64,000 bases of DNA, taken from contig OX597837.1 of NCBI GenBank assembly GCA_951406725.2, positions 46,376,001 to 46,440,000 of the forward strand. The letters run 5' to 3'. The DNA comes from Octopus vulgaris. Lineage: Eukaryota. The notes below the pieces were generated by a model. It was not told where the DNA came from and did no database searches. It saw only the letters and a program-made list of their open reading frames with translations. Both the position numbers and the translations under genes were made by a program. Within the stretch, counting starts at the first letter, position 1. The number at the start of each line of letters is the position of its first letter. Below, one piece after another: positions 1-13,656 of the stretch.

Positions 1-500
1 CTGCATATGTATATGCATCAGTTTGTGTCAGATTGAGTCTGCCTGCATCTGCCTCGGTACCTTTGTGGTGCATGATTGCATGAGTTTGGTTGTGTCTAAG
101 TAAATGGTTGCATTTACAAAATTGAAGAAGAAGTGCTCAATACACTGCACGCATGTGTGTATGTGTGTGAGCACATGAATGCATGCGTATGTGTTGCTTG
201 TTGACACTGAAATTTCAAAGTTACTAACACCGATTTCATGTCCTTGATCTTTGGGATAACTGTTTCAAAACCACAGATATAAATCATCAAACAATGTAGT
301 ACTGGTTGTAGCATATGACCGACCAGAATGTTACTGTCAAAGAGACATCAATATTGTCCAGTGGCAATATTCAACATAAAACAGACAGTAATATTCTGAC
401 CAGTTACATACTGTAACCAGTAAAATGTTAGACAATATATTGATATTGAATGTGCTTTTGTTTCTGACTCATGGACATTTCACACACACACACATCAGTA

Positions 501-885
501 GTGGAGGCGCAATGGCCCAATGGTTAGGGCAGCGGACTTGTGGTTGGAGGATCGCGGTTTTGATTCCCAGACCGGGTGTTGTGTGTGTTTATTGAGCGAA
601 AACACCTAAAGCTCCACGAGGCTCCGGCAGGGGGTGATGGTGACCCCTGTTGTACTCTTTCGCCCCAACTTTCTCTCACTCTTTCTTCCTGTTTCTTGTC
701 CCCAACTTCCTACGCAACTGCTGAGCCTGGATGCGCATTCAGCCATCCGTCGATGCTCTCGGTGTTGGGGGTTGACCTGCTTTCTCTTCTGTGGGTCTTA
801 CAAATAGCAAAGGACCACGTTTCGGATTTCTCCCATCTTGCAAGCTTTGGGACGAAGACTGTTCGCTCAACAGCAACAGCAGCAG
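501..885 (+). mobile_element. tRNA-derived SINE, near full length
   Basis: A-box TGGCCCAATGG, B-box-like GGTTTTGATTCC, (CAA/CAG)n tail. A second, 5'-truncated copy lies at ~3056-3300. Confidence 0.8.
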
Positions 886-949
886 TAATGATTGTCGGTC
901 TTGACAGGGTAGAAAGTCATTGTACAGCAATATCTCACTTTATGAGGAC

Positions 950-1135
950 CCACATTATGAGAACCCGGGTTTGTGAGTTTTATTTTTTAAAGCACAAGGT
1001 CCAAATTTTCAATGAAGTGTGAAAGCTTCTACTACCCTAACAAATACTTCTGAGCGTTACCAAGAAATTTATAGAGAACAAAAAAGTTCTTCTTCGAAGC
1101 AAACAACTCTAGACTTGTTTTCTAAAAAGCAATCT
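950..1135 (+). mobile_element. pogo/Tigger transposase C-terminal remnant
   Basis: RYQEIYREQKSSSSKQTTLDLFSKK resembles the YxEIYxEKK...QTxLDxFFK tail of Tigger transposases. Confidence 0.5.
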
Positions 1136-1257
1136 ACAAGTCTGTCTATGAGTGCTTGTGAATCGGTAATTGTGTCTACAAGTGATGGTGTGTGTGTGAG
1201 TCGAGTGCAAGTGAAAGTGATTCAGAAAACGATTATAATATTTAATATAGACGTTAA

Positions 1258-1292
<35 letters not shown>

Positions 1293-1834
1293 CAGCAATA
1301 GCAGCAATATCAAGACTACCAACAACAACAATGGCAATATCAGTACCATCACTATCATCATCATCACCACCACCACCAACAACAACAGAGACAACAGCAA
1401 TAAAAGAACAACTACCAACAACAATAGTAATAAAATGACACTAGCAGTAGTAGCAACAACAATAACAACAGCGTTAGTACAACACCACCACCACCACTAC
1501 CACAAACAACATCAATAATAACAGCAACAAAGCCAATACTATAACTAACAATAGCAGCAGCAACAACAACAACAAAAATACATCAACAAAACTAATCAAA
1601 TAAAATGTAACTGAATCTATAATGATATCAATCTATTGAACTAAACTGATGTTTAACTAGCTTTGTAACCATGGCAACACAATCATTTTTATATTTCTAT
1701 TTGTATATTCTTTTCATATCAACTGATGTTGATATGTTTAACCACAGGTCAGCCTTGATAGTGTCAGCCTATGAGCAAAGGCATTTCAGCTGTGACCATC
1801 CAGTCTTTTCTTTTCATAGTTTATCTGGATCATT

Positions 1835-2118
1835 ACCAGCGTCGCCTTACTGGCACCTGTGCCGCTGGCATGTGTAAAAAGATTCGAGCGAGGTCATTGC
1901 CAGTACCACCTGACTGGCCCCCGTGCCGGTGGCACATAAAAAGCACCCACTACACCGTCGGAGTGGTTGGCATTAGGAAGGGCATCCAGCTGTAGAAACT
2001 CTGCCAGATCAAGACTGGAGCAAGGTGCAGCCATCTGGTTTGCCAGCCCTCAGTCAAAATCGTCCAACCCATGCCAGCATGGAAAGCGGACGTTAAACGA
2101 TGATGATGATGATGATGA
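1835..2118 (+). mobile_element. RTE 3'-end SINE or short RTE copy (family C)
   Basis: Near-identical to the 3' UTR of the LINE at 55900-56196, with (GAT)n tail. Other approximate copies: 3850-4068(+), 5410-5870(+), 8942-9210(-), 16018-16290(-), 17838-18155(-), 21865-22180(-), 47815-47963(+), 53190-53373(+), 53960-54255(+), 63000-63240(+), 63600-63830(+). Confidence 0.85.
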
Positions 2119-2699
2119 TCTGGAAACTACATAATCCAGTGTATCTTCACCTTTTTCTTGAGACACTGTGTTAATTGAGGGACATTTTGTTGTTCTTTCT
2201 TGCAAGGTGACATGACTATGTAGGCTCATAGAGGAAGGGCCATACATAGGGATTTTTCAAGCTCAATGTAGACTTCATAATTAATAACTTAATAACAAAA
2301 AATTTAAATCAGAAATTCTGTAGTGTCTGGGGAGAGTCATTTTCTTTTTGTACCTTATTATGTAAGACACTTTTATCAAACGTCCAAGTTAAGGACCATA
2401 AACATACCAAAATCAATTGTCAAGCAGTGACAAAGGGGACAAACAAAGACCCAAAGACACACACTGAGATACGTGTGTGTGTGTGTGTGTGTGTACAATG
2501 AGCTTCTTTCAGTTTCTGTCTACTAAAGCTACTGATGAATCTTTGTTCAACTTGAAGCTATAGTAGAAGACATTTGTCCAAGGTGATATGCAGTGGGACT
2601 GAACCCAGCACCATGTGGTTGGGAGCAAGCTTCTTACACAGCCACATGAGTATATACATACGTGTCTGTGTGTGTGTGTGTGAGTACACACACCCAGAG

Positions 2700-2960
2700 T
2701 TAGGTTTTGCCTCCAGTACCACAGAACACAATAATATCAGAATGGTCAGCCATGTGAAATCATCAATGTCCAAGCAGCTGAATGCAGTTGCCTCATTCCA
2801 ACACATTAGACCCAGCGGCCTTAAAAAGGACCATTGATCAAGGGCTGTTGAAGAGGAAAAAAGAGGCAGACAGAGAAGATGGACAGTTAACATTAAAGAA
2901 GGGACAGGTCATTCATGGAGACCTGAACTTTGGTCTACAGTCAAAATAGATTTGAGAAGA
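2700..2960 (+). mobile_element. Decayed RTE C-terminal fragment
   Basis: Translates to TIDQGAVEEEKRGRQRRWTVNIKEGTG, like RTE ILQGxVEGKRRRGRQRKRWxDNIKEWTG. Confidence 0.6.
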
Positions 2961-3055
2961 CTGGTGTACAGTGTATCACAACAATACCATTAGAACTTCA
3001 ACAGAAGTCGAAAGCTGAAGCAAGGAAGCAAAGCTTAGTTAAGATTTGATCGGAA

Positions 3056-3300
3056 ACGAGGCTCCAGCAGTGGGTGGTGGCGACCCCTGTTGTAATCTTT
3101 CTCTCACTCTTTCTTCCTGTTTCTTGTCCCCGACTTCCTACGCAACTGCTGAGCCTGGATGCACATTCATCCATCCGTCGATGCTCTCGGTGTCAGGGGT
3201 TGACTTGCTTTCTCTTCTGCGGGTCTTACGAATAGCAAAGGACCACGTTTCGGACTTCTCCCACTACAGAAGACCACTTCACTCAACAGCAACAACAACA
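3056..3300 (+). mobile_element. 5'-truncated copy of the SINE at 501-885
   Basis: Direct sequence identity (gctccagcag...aggaccacgtttcgga). Confidence 0.85.
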
Positions 3301-3356
3301 GCAATCCAACACCACCAGCAACAACTCCCCCACTGAAAAGTTTATGGGCAACTTAC

Positions 3357-3458
3357 TTTTTGACCGCCAGCTCCAATTCTCTGAGAGATAAAATTTGGAC
3401 CCAGTTTTTGTCGTAGGACTTTTTGAATAGCATCATGTTCTTCTGCAGTGAACTGTTC
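3357..3458 (-). CDS. RAD52: RAD52 DNA repair protein, internal coding exon (102 bp, phase 0-0)
   Basis: Minus strand reads tttgtttcag|GAACAG...CAAAAA|gtaagt and translates to [34 protein letters not shown]. This aligns without gaps to human RAD52 [34 protein letters not shown]. Splice sites are canonical. I could not find the next exon (YIEGHRVI...) in 1-3356. Confidence 0.95.
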
Positions 3459-4969
3459 CTGAAACAAACCAAAGGACATTTAAATCATCTTTTAACATTT
3501 ATTCTGTCAGAAAACAATAAATGTTTGAGTGTGGCTGGAGCATAAAGCAAACGAAATTTCTCATACTTGTTGGTTGCCATCGGCATCACTGATAAAAGAT
3601 GACGAAGAATCACAGAATTGGCTATAAATGACAAGCAGCAGAATCACTCCATTATTTTGCAGCAAAGCGGAGGGGGGGAGGGTGGAAATGGGAGAAAGAT
3701 GGAAAACTGTTGGAAACAGTAAAAAAAGAAGGAACAAAATAACAACAACAACAACAACAACAATAATAATGATGATAATAAACCTAGATAAAAAGGCAAA
3801 CAAAAAACTGGAAGTTCCACACAAAAAAGTGCTCACCACTATATAGAACCTGTGCCAGCCTTGCCTGGCACCTGTGCCAGTGGCACGTAAAAAGCACCCA
3901 CTGCACTCACGGAGTGGTTGACATTAGGAAGGGCATCCAGCTGTAGAAACACTGCCAGATCAGACTGGAGCCTGGTGCAGCCATCTGGTTCGCCAGCCCT
4001 CAGTCAAATCATCCAACCCATGCTAGCATGGAAAATGGACGTTAAACGATGATGATGATGATGACGATGTTTAACATTCACTTTTCAAAGCTTGCATTGG
4101 TCTGACGTACTTTGTTGAGGCAGATTTTCTACAGCTGGATGCCCTTCCTCATCTTTTCCCAAGCAAGGTAATATTTTCCCCTAGCTCGACAGGTTTTTCA
4201 TAAAAGAAACAAACAACCTGATTTCTTAGACAAATAATGCCCATTTACAACCATCGCTTAATATCTAGAGATGGGTACACACAAAACACACACACACACA
4301 TACACATATACACATGCCTGCACACACACACATATTCACACACACAACCAGCTTCTCTCAGTTTCTCTATCAAATCCACTCAAGACTTTTGATTTGAAAA
4401 TGTTAGATTCAAAATTCTGATGCAACAACAGAGTTCAGAACCTGAAGAAAGCTGGAGCGTACGACAGCTGGGACATAGTGAAATGAACAATCAAGATGAG
4501 GACAGCAATCCAACAAATATAAATAGTATCTTTATATATAAATTCCTCATCTCACAAATATAGAATTGTGTAATTATATTATAATATACAGATAATTATA
4601 ATATACTCACACAAACACAAAACATATATCAACATTTGTATGAGTTGTTTTTATGCATATCACTGATGATGATGATGATAAGAATGACGATAATGATAAT
4701 GATCATGACAGGGGTGGTGGTGGTGGTAGTAGTAGGAGCAATGATGGTGAAGATGATAGCGATGTGGAGGGTGGTGGTGGTGACAATGACAACTATGATG
4801 ATGATGATGATGATGAAGCACCTGCTGTATTTCAAACAACTTATTCGTCTCTAAGATATGATCTGGAGCCGAGGGAGAGATCGAGTTTCAGCACAAAAAT
4901 CTGTAATCACGAGACACTGTGGTGCTATGCAATTACACCAATGGGTGGGTGTGTGTGTGTAAAAAAAAA

Positions 4970-5006
<37 letters not shown>

Positions 5007-5088
5007 CAATGTGCATTTTCGTTGATTTTTCTTAATTTCCCCTTACATTTACACGTGTAGTTTCTATTTTCTTTTTGTAACATATTTC

Positions 5089-5123
<35 letters not shown>

Positions 5124-5245
5124 TATATATATCATGTATGCATGCACACATATGTGTATGTATATTCAAATTTACAAGAAGAAAAAGGAACTCAATACAG
5201 ATGCAGAGCATCATTACTACAGTGCTGATACATATACATACAATG

Positions 5246-5294
<49 letters not shown>

Positions 5295-5829
5295 CACACA
5301 CGTAAGAGGAAACAGGTTTGGATTACCAGCTGAAAGAGTAGAAACATATCAGTTACGATATGTTAAAGAATACTCTAGATTATGTATTTAGTTCTGTAAC
5401 TTGTCACATCTTGGAGATATGCTGTGACTTCAAAGACCCGACAAATGAAGTGAGTTCATGGCTCGCAGAACGGCCTGCTGTGCTAACCTTGGATCGTAGA
5501 GTGACCCACTGTTCTTGAGGGGACCTACTGAGTCAAGTATGTTAACCCCAACATCAAAATGAAAATCAAATGGAAATTGTAGTTAAGATATCCGTGTCGG
5601 TGACACGTAAAAGCACCAACCGATCATGGTCGTTTGCTAGCCTTGTCTGACCCCTGTGCAGGTGGCACGTAAAATGTACCCACTACACTCACAGAGTGGT
5701 TGGTGTTAGGAAGGGTATCCAGCTGTAGAAACACTGCCAGATCAGACTGGAGCCTGGTGCAGCCTCCTGGCTTCCCAGACCCCGGTTGAACCCTCCAACC
5801 CATGCTAGCATGGAAAACGGACATTAAAC

Positions 5830-5868
<39 letters not shown>

Positions 5869-6782
5869 AGTGAGCTGTAAGAATTGTTAGCATTTTGGAT
5901 AAAATGCTTAGTGGCATTTTGTCCATCTTTATGTTCTGAGTTCAAATTCCGCAATGGTCAACTTTACCTTTCATCCTTACAGTATCAATAAAAAAAGTAT
6001 TAGTTGAACACTGGGGCTGATGTGATCAACATACACCCTCCTCTGACACTGCTGGACTTTGAAACCAATATGTGTGTGTGTGTGTGTGTGTGTATTATGG
6101 ACTCACTTGTCATTAGACAACAGATGAGGGTTCCACAAATTCTTGCTGAACAACCACATAAGCTCACTTCCTTCATCAATTCAACATTACCTGCACAGGT
6201 GCAAATGTTGAAACCACTTCCTCCTAAAATCCCTTCCCACTTTATTTTCCACCAGTCACCAATCAATGCAGGGTAGCCACATTTCTCCTCCACAGCAAGA
6301 CATCAATGCTTGTTTCTCTTTCATATGTTAGGCTCTCAAAACTTCTACCAACTCCACTCAGTTGAGGGTTTTGTGTGTGTGTGTGTCTTGCAAGTTACTT
6401 GAGGCCCTCACAAGTGCCAGTATCACACACACACACACACACACAAAAAGTCAAGCCAGTATACTGTAAAGTGGTTGCCATGAAGAAGGGCATCCAACCA
6501 TAGAAACCAGAGCAGACATCAGTGCTTGGAGCAATCTTCCAGCTATCTGGATCCTGCTAAACTGACCAATCCATGCAAGCAAGTTGGACTTTTAATGATG
6601 ATGATGATAAAGATGAAACACATGCACACCCACACACATATATATATTTTCTAGTTTGACAAGTGTTATATATGAAACTCAAGGCTTCCAAATGATTTCC
6701 AGAGTGCTTACAGCTTTAAAAATACAAAATCTTCTCCCTATTACTACCTCCTTCCCTTTCTCTGTATACATACATGCATGTG

Positions 6783-6832
<50 letters not shown>

Positions 6833-7345
6833 CACACACACACACACATGCAGACACACACACATACATAACTATGTGTTTATAAATAGACACACACACA
6901 TGGTTCCTGTGTGTATGCTTGTGTGAGAAGAAAAGCAGAGAGGAAAATGGTGCAAAAAGAAGAGAAAGAAATGAGAAGATGATTCTAGGTTGGGTAAGAA
7001 ATGGAAAGTGGGGGAGGAGGGGAGGGGGGTGCATGTAATTAATGTCAGAACAGCAAAGACAGCTGTCTGCTTCCTTGAGTTTGTAAACTTTGAACAATAT
7101 TTAATAGATGTGTTAACAGCTCTGACACCACACATGTAGTATGACTACCATCTCTAGCCTCATCACCACCATCACTGCTACCAACACTCCCACACTGCCA
7201 TCAAACACCATCAAGACCATTCCTAAACTTCAAGGTTACCGTTTCTGTTTCTCCGAAGAACTATACACAAGTCCCACTCCCAGAAAAGTCTGCCACTATA
7301 AAGGAGGTCCATAATGATCATATTTGGTGCCACTGCCAACATTTA

Positions 7346-7748
7346 GGTGCAGGAGTGGCTGTGTGGTAAGTAGCTTGCTTACCAACCACATGGTTCTGGG
7401 TTCAGTCCCACTGCGTGGTACCTTGGGCAAGTGTCTTCTACTATAGCCTCGGACTGACCAAAGCCTTGTGAGTGGATTTGTTAGACGGAAACTGAAAGAA
7501 GCCCGTCATATATATGTATATGCATGTGTGTGTATATGTTTGTGTGTCTGTGTTTGTCCTCCTAGCATTGCTTGACAACCGATGCTGGTGTGTTTACGTC
7601 CCCGTCACTTAGCGGTTCGGCAAAAGAGAACGACAGAATAAGTACTAGGCTTACAAAGAATAAGTCCTGGGGTCAATTTGCTCGACTAAAGGCGGTGCTC
7701 CAGCATGGCCACAGTCAAATGACTGAAACAAGTAAAAGAGTAAAGAGA
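7346..7748 (+). mobile_element. tRNA-headed SINE (family A), full length
   Basis: Head ggagtggctgtgtggtaag...ggttcagtccc, core ccttgggcaagtg, internal (TA/TG)n, tail gactgaaacaagtaaaagag. Other approximate copies: 2350-2645(-), 12580-12968(+), 17294-17450(-), 25271-25683(+), 31770-32150(-), 35369-35735(-), 57130-57290(+). Confidence 0.85.
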
Positions 7749-8105
7749 TACCATCAATAGAAATTATCATCACCATCTCTACCACCAATACCATCACCAC
7801 TACCATGGCAATACCAACAGCATCGCTACCACCAGTGACACCAACACAACTACCATCACAACACCATCTCTACTACCAGCAGCAACACCAACACCACCAA
7901 TTATGATGATACCACCACCACCCCTGCCAAAACAACCCTAAACAGAAACACCATCACCACCACTATAACCAGTGACTCCACACCACCACCAGTACCACCA
8001 CCACCACCAGTACCACCACCACCACCACCATCACAACCAGGATTCCATATAAGAAATTACCAAAGTGATTTTGATTAATGGTTAGATTTAAACATACTTT
8101 GCATA

Positions 8106-8106
8106 T

Positions 8107-8148
<42 letters not shown>

Positions 8149-8165
8149 GTGTGTGTGTGTATGTG

Positions 8166-8227
<62 letters not shown>

Positions 8228-8264
8228 GTGTGTGTGTGTGTGTGTGTATGTGGTGTGTGTGTGC
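8106..8264. repeat. Compound (GT)n microsatellite with periodic ATGTG interruptions
   Basis: Seen directly in the sequence. Confidence 0.9.
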
Positions 8265-8768
8265 ATATGGTACGATGTGTGCGCTTTGTGTTTTCACAAA
8301 ATTCTTTTCAGAACCAAAGACTAACATCAAACACATTGAAAAATGATGGAAGCAAAAATACATTTTTATAAAGAAAAAAATTTCTGCACAATTGTTATTC
8401 TTGAAAACACAACAATTAAAAACAACCAACAACAATATGTAAATAAATTTAAAAACCCAACAAAAATAATACATTATTATTTTTTAACATGTGAGAGGGG
8501 GAGGAGGAAGAGGAGAGTAAGCAATCAGTCTATTGGCACCAATATTATATTGGCAACTGAAATCTATGGCAGAAACGCACCAAGCCTTCTGATGTTCTAC
8601 AGATATTGCATGGGAATTGTTTTACAGAATTTAATAAAACCAAGAAAGCAGAAATGATACAATTTGAAGAGAAATGGCTTTACGTACGTACGTACATACA
8701 TACATACATACATGCATGCATACATACACACACACACACACATGTTTAAATGCATATATATTCATATA

Positions 8769-8802
<34 letters not shown>

Positions 8803-9211
8803 CATACATACAGATATATACATATATATATATATACATATATGTATATACACTTACATATATATATGTATGTACATAAACATGTATATACATACATACA
8901 TATCTATATATATATATATATATATATATAAACACATATGTATCATCATCATCATCGTTTAATGTCCGCTTTCCATGCTAGCATGGGTTGGACAATTTGA
9001 CTGAGGACTGGCAAACCAGATGGCTGCACCAGGCTCCAATCATGATCTGGCAGTGTTTCTACGGCTAGATGCCCTTCCTAACACCAACCACTCCAAGAGT
9101 GTAGTGGGTGCTTTTATGTGCCACCGGCACGAGGGCCAGCCAGGCGGTACTGGCAATGGTCAAATGGTGTTTTTTACATGACACCTGCACAGGAACCAGT
9201 CCAGCAGCACT

Positions 9212-9256
<45 letters not shown>

Positions 9257-9379
9257 TGAGTTTTCATGTCTTTGTCACCTGAATAAAACTTGAACCAGTG
9301 ATAGAATGAATTAGTAAAATCAACCAAATGTGGATGTGCTTTTGTGTATATACATCTGTCTGTTGGCCAGATAAGAATG

Positions 9380-10040
9380 CTTAGATAACACAAGGAGTCT
9401 TAGCATCACTCAGTAAGACCTTTTTCGGTCCCTCTCCAGCTATTTATTTTAAGTTGTATATGGTTATGGTACATCCACACCCAGAGTTCGCATCACCAGA
9501 CTGGATCTTCTATCTTGCTTGGCATCTCAGTCTCCTGGAAACCGTTCAGAAATGTGCAACTGGACAAATACCTGACATAGGGCATCTGCCATACTCTGAA
9601 TGTCTTGTTTCCCTGGGTATGGACACATCAAAGCTCCAATGTATGGCAACTGGCCTGGTACGTATCCACAAGATTATCCATCATCTTTCCAATAACAACC
9701 TCGGGCACCTTTCTGAATTCCATACGTCTAACATTTGGGGACATGCTTACAAAATCAAAAGACGCCACAGCACCCATCACTTTCAGAAACATTTTTGAAT
9801 GCTCAGAATTCCTGAAGCATAGAATAAACTAACTGTGTCAGTTGTTAGCTGTTGAGACACTACATCCTTCAAAACTTCCATGCATCCTAAAATTCACCGC
9901 CAGTACACCTGATGCCCCCCCACCTCTTTGTAGACTTATTTCCCTGTTCACTTCCGGTGCATATTTTGTGCACTGTTCATGCTACTTTGGTTACTTTTTT
10001 CTGTTGGGTTGCAGTGCACCTGAGCACAATACACAATAAG
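9380..10040 (+). mobile_element. Decayed CR1-clade LINE 3' region
   Basis: LYMVMVHPHPEFASPDW...LLETVQKCAT...LPYSECLVSLG...WGHAYKI matches CR1 LVRPHLEYASPVW...LERVQRRAT...SYEERL...TRGHxxKL. Confidence 0.8.
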
Positions 10041-10099
10041 TTCATTATATATAAGTCTACCTGTATGTAATTTACTTACCCTTTTGGAATGCAAAGTTT

Positions 10100-10715
10100 T
10101 CCTTCCAGTGACATGGTTTTCCTCTTGGCTGCCCTTTCTTTCACTCTTTGCCAGGCCTACTTTTTAACTTGTATGGCTCTCTCTCTCTCCATGATGACAT
10201 TCCAACTCCATATTACTTCCCATCTAGCAGTGACTTACACCTGCTACAAATCTGATTTGCTGTTTACAGCAAGGTATCCCACAGCACCTGTCAGCTGTCC
10301 TCTATGTCCTAGATCTCTACCATTTCCTCCTTTTCATCATATCAATCATTTACAATGACTCTCAACATATATTTAGCAGATCGATGTTCTAGCTTCCACA
10401 GCTTCCTTCTCCAGACTGCTTTTGCTTCTTAGTCTGAAGTCCTCACTAACCAGGCAACGACTTAGCATTTACAATAATTTGTCTGCTTCAATTCCCGGTG
10501 AGACAGAAATCTATCTGGCTTGCGTGTCCATTTTATTTGATGGTGATCAAGGGGCTAGTTGGTATCCCAAATTTCATGTTGGAAGGGGTTAGTTCATTTA
10601 CATCACAGAACTCCAGAAGCCTTTGCCTCTCCTCACTTCTAGAACCATATCCAGAGCTACCAGGTACTCCAGGCAAGCCATTATGGTGTGACCAAAATGT
10701 CCATTGACGTGAATA
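10100..10715 (-). mobile_element. Decayed RTE APE-endonuclease fragment
   Basis: Minus strand gives GYGSRSEERQRLLEFCDVNEL...HASQIDFCL...IIVNAKSLPG. Confidence 0.65.
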
Positions 10716-10836
10716 GCCAAAGTTATGGTGTTACTATTCTCATTGAAGCAGCTATTTTACTCATCTTGATTGTGGGGCATATATACATACACACACATAC
10801 ATACACATACTTTAAGCTCAAAAAAGGTGAATGATG

Positions 10837-10871
<35 letters not shown>

Positions 10872-11358
10872 GCGAGGTTATGAAGCAGATAGAAGAGATG
10901 GGCTATCAGTACTTGGGGATATTGGGAATGGATAAATCCATGGAGGGGATAAGTCATTTACATTGACTCCAGTGTTCAACTGGTACTTATTTTATCGACC
11001 ACAAAAGGAGGAAAGGTAAAGTTGATCTCAGCAGAATTTGAACCCAAAGCATAAAAACGGACAAATGCCGCCAAACACTTTTGCCTGGTGTGCTAACAAT
11101 TCTGTCACCTCACTGCCTTCAGTAATATTAACAGTAATAATAATAATTATTATTATTATTATCATTATTATTATTATTATATAGTTGAAGTAAAGATAGA
11201 ATTTGAGAGAAAATGAAAATGAACTTTTCTTGAATTCATAAAAACTGCGGAATTCTTCAGCAAGAGTACAAGACTTTCAATATTTATTTTGTCAGTAAGG
11301 AAACAATTTAAAAGATAAACCAGAATGGTTTTTAAAATTTTAAAAGCAACGAGAGAGA

Positions 11359-11409
<51 letters not shown>

Positions 11410-11727
11410 GGAGAGAGAGAGAGGGGGTGGGGGTGGGTATGGCATGGAGTAAAAGAGAACAAGTGTGATTTCGTAGTTGGTGCTGTGCCAAATTCTGCTA
11501 AGAGGACTAGCAAACATAAACAAGTTGAATAAACAGAAAAAAAGACACGAAGAAAAAAATCAAGAAAAGAAAATACAAAGACAATAAAGATATGAAAAGT
11601 ACAAAAAACATATAATAATAATAATAATAATAATAAAACTAGAAAAACAACAGAAACTGTAAGAGACTTCCTTCATACAAATATCTACATATGATACAAG
11701 AAATAAGTAACATCTTGAGAGAGACAG

Positions 11728-11778
<51 letters not shown>

Positions 11779-13498
11779 ATGTATTTTTTTTAATCTGCAG
11801 AAGTGTATTAGAAGTTACTAAGTGACTCAAAGGCTGCAAGTTTTGAGTATAGTAATTATCAAAACTATCATATGTGTGTGTGTATGTATATACACATACA
11901 TACATACATATAAATATACATACACATGCATAAATCTATCTATATATATATATGTGAGTGTGTGTGTGTGTGTTTATGTCAAGTTACATATAAAAGTCAT
12001 TTAACATCAAACTAAAGAATTACTCAATACTTTTTAATGGAGCAGATAACTATTAAATGTTTGCAAAAATGTTGGGTGACAGTCTGACAGGGGCTGGCAG
12101 GCCAAAACTTCGAAGTTACTGTCACCCCAATTAACATCAGTGTGTGTGTGTGTGTGTGTGCACAACAAAGTAATGATCCTACATCTTGGATGCTGCTGCT
12201 GTAGCACACACATGGACATCTTAGACCCCTTTTATAGAAAGGGTCCTTGACTGATGAACAGAAAGCAACTAACTCACAGACCCCAATCTCTGACCAACAC
12301 ACAAACTGCCTCTGCTCTTTGCCGGGGTTTTACCACTACTGCTATAATGGCCCCTGCTGCCCATCTCACGCTGCCTCCACAAAAGCAAACCCCTGATGCT
12401 GTTCACCACCACAATAACAATTAAACTTCTCTCTGCTTCCCTAGAACAGTATTCCTCTGGAATTCCTTCCCTACATCCTACAGTAGACTTACAACAATTT
12501 AATAATATAACTTTCAGTGGCCCCTACATCCAGGCCAAGCCAATAAGTGTGTGTGTGTGTGTGTGTGTGTGTACAGACGCAGGCATGGCTGTGTGGTAAG
12601 AGACTGGCTTCCCAGCAACCTGGTTCTGCTTTCAGTCCCACTTCATGGCACCTTGGGCAAGTGTCTTCTGTTATACTCTTGGGCTGACCAAAGCCTTGTG
12701 ATTAGATCTAGTAGACAGAAACTGGAAGAAGCCCACCATGCATGTGTGTGTGTGTGTGTGTGTGTGCCTTTGTAGCCTCACCACTGCTTGACAACTGGTG
12801 TTGATGTGTTTATGTGCCCATAACTTAGTGCTTTGGCAAAATATACCAATAGAATAAGTACCAGGCTTAACAAAAGAAATCTAAGTACCGAGGCTGATTC
12901 ATTTGACTAAGAATCCTTCAGGGCAGTGCCCCAGCATGGCCACAGACTTATGACTGAAACAAGTAAAGAAAAAATCCAAGATGTGCCTGTTTGTGTTTGT
13001 ACACACACACACACATACATATACACATATATGAGTATGTGTGTGCACTCACATCAATAACCGTTAATAAAATAAAGATTTGTAAATGTCAACAACCATT
13101 AGAGAGGGAGAGAATTTCATAAAAGTTGTCTGCAAAAACTGAAGTTTTCAACATAGACACACAAACGTATGCAGTTGCACAGAAGCTTGAAATGAACAAA
13201 CACATGTACATACATGTGTTTAATAATGTGTCCATGCATGCACTCATCTACATAGATGTACTTTTAGATAGATGTACATCCCACCCACAATACACACACA
13301 GACACATATATACATATATATATATACACACACACATACATATATATATACACACACACTCATATATATATATACACACGCACACACATATACATATATA
13401 CACACATGTGCATATATCCATATGTTTGTTTATTTATATCTACCCAAGTAGATTTAACTTCTTTTAAATCGTACATCACAAAGTAGGATTCTGCTTGC

Positions 13499-13656
13499 CT
13501 CACCAAACACGGTGAAGTTGCTCTGGCAATTTGTTTATTATTTGTTGTTGTTGTTATTGTTTTGGAAAATGAGGCAGTTGGCATCACTTGTAGGAGTTCA
13601 CTGGTTGCAGTTGATTCGAGGGATTCTTGCTCAACTCCAAGTAGGTCAGTTGCCAT
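13499..13656 (-). CDS. RAD52: Probable first coding exon of RAD52 (exact frame and donor ambiguous)
   Basis: ATG at 13656 opens MATDLLGVEQ...ATSPCL, ending at a phase-0 GT donor (TTG|gtgagg, exon end 13504). An overlapping frame ends SNFTVFGE at a GC donor (GAG|gcaagc, exon end 13499), matching the conserved FG[Q/E] that precedes the next exon in RAD52 orthologues. Confidence 0.55.

Noticed and set aside
503-575. tRNA gene
   Set aside because: A and B boxes are present but there is no closed acceptor stem, and it continues into a repeated SINE body.
3567-3588. Possible 22-nt RAD52 micro-exon (ttttatcag|...CAACAA|gtatga, minus strand)
   Set aside because: The splice-like sites fit, but the peptide has no RAD52 homology and orthologues have no insertion at this position.
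4653-5060. Acidic Asp/Gly-rich ORF
   Set aside because: Produced by (GAT)n/(GGT)n/(TA)n microsatellites inside the RAD52 intron.
12251-12266. CTGATGA-aca-GAAA motif
   Set aside because: No stem II and no flanking helices; a chance match.
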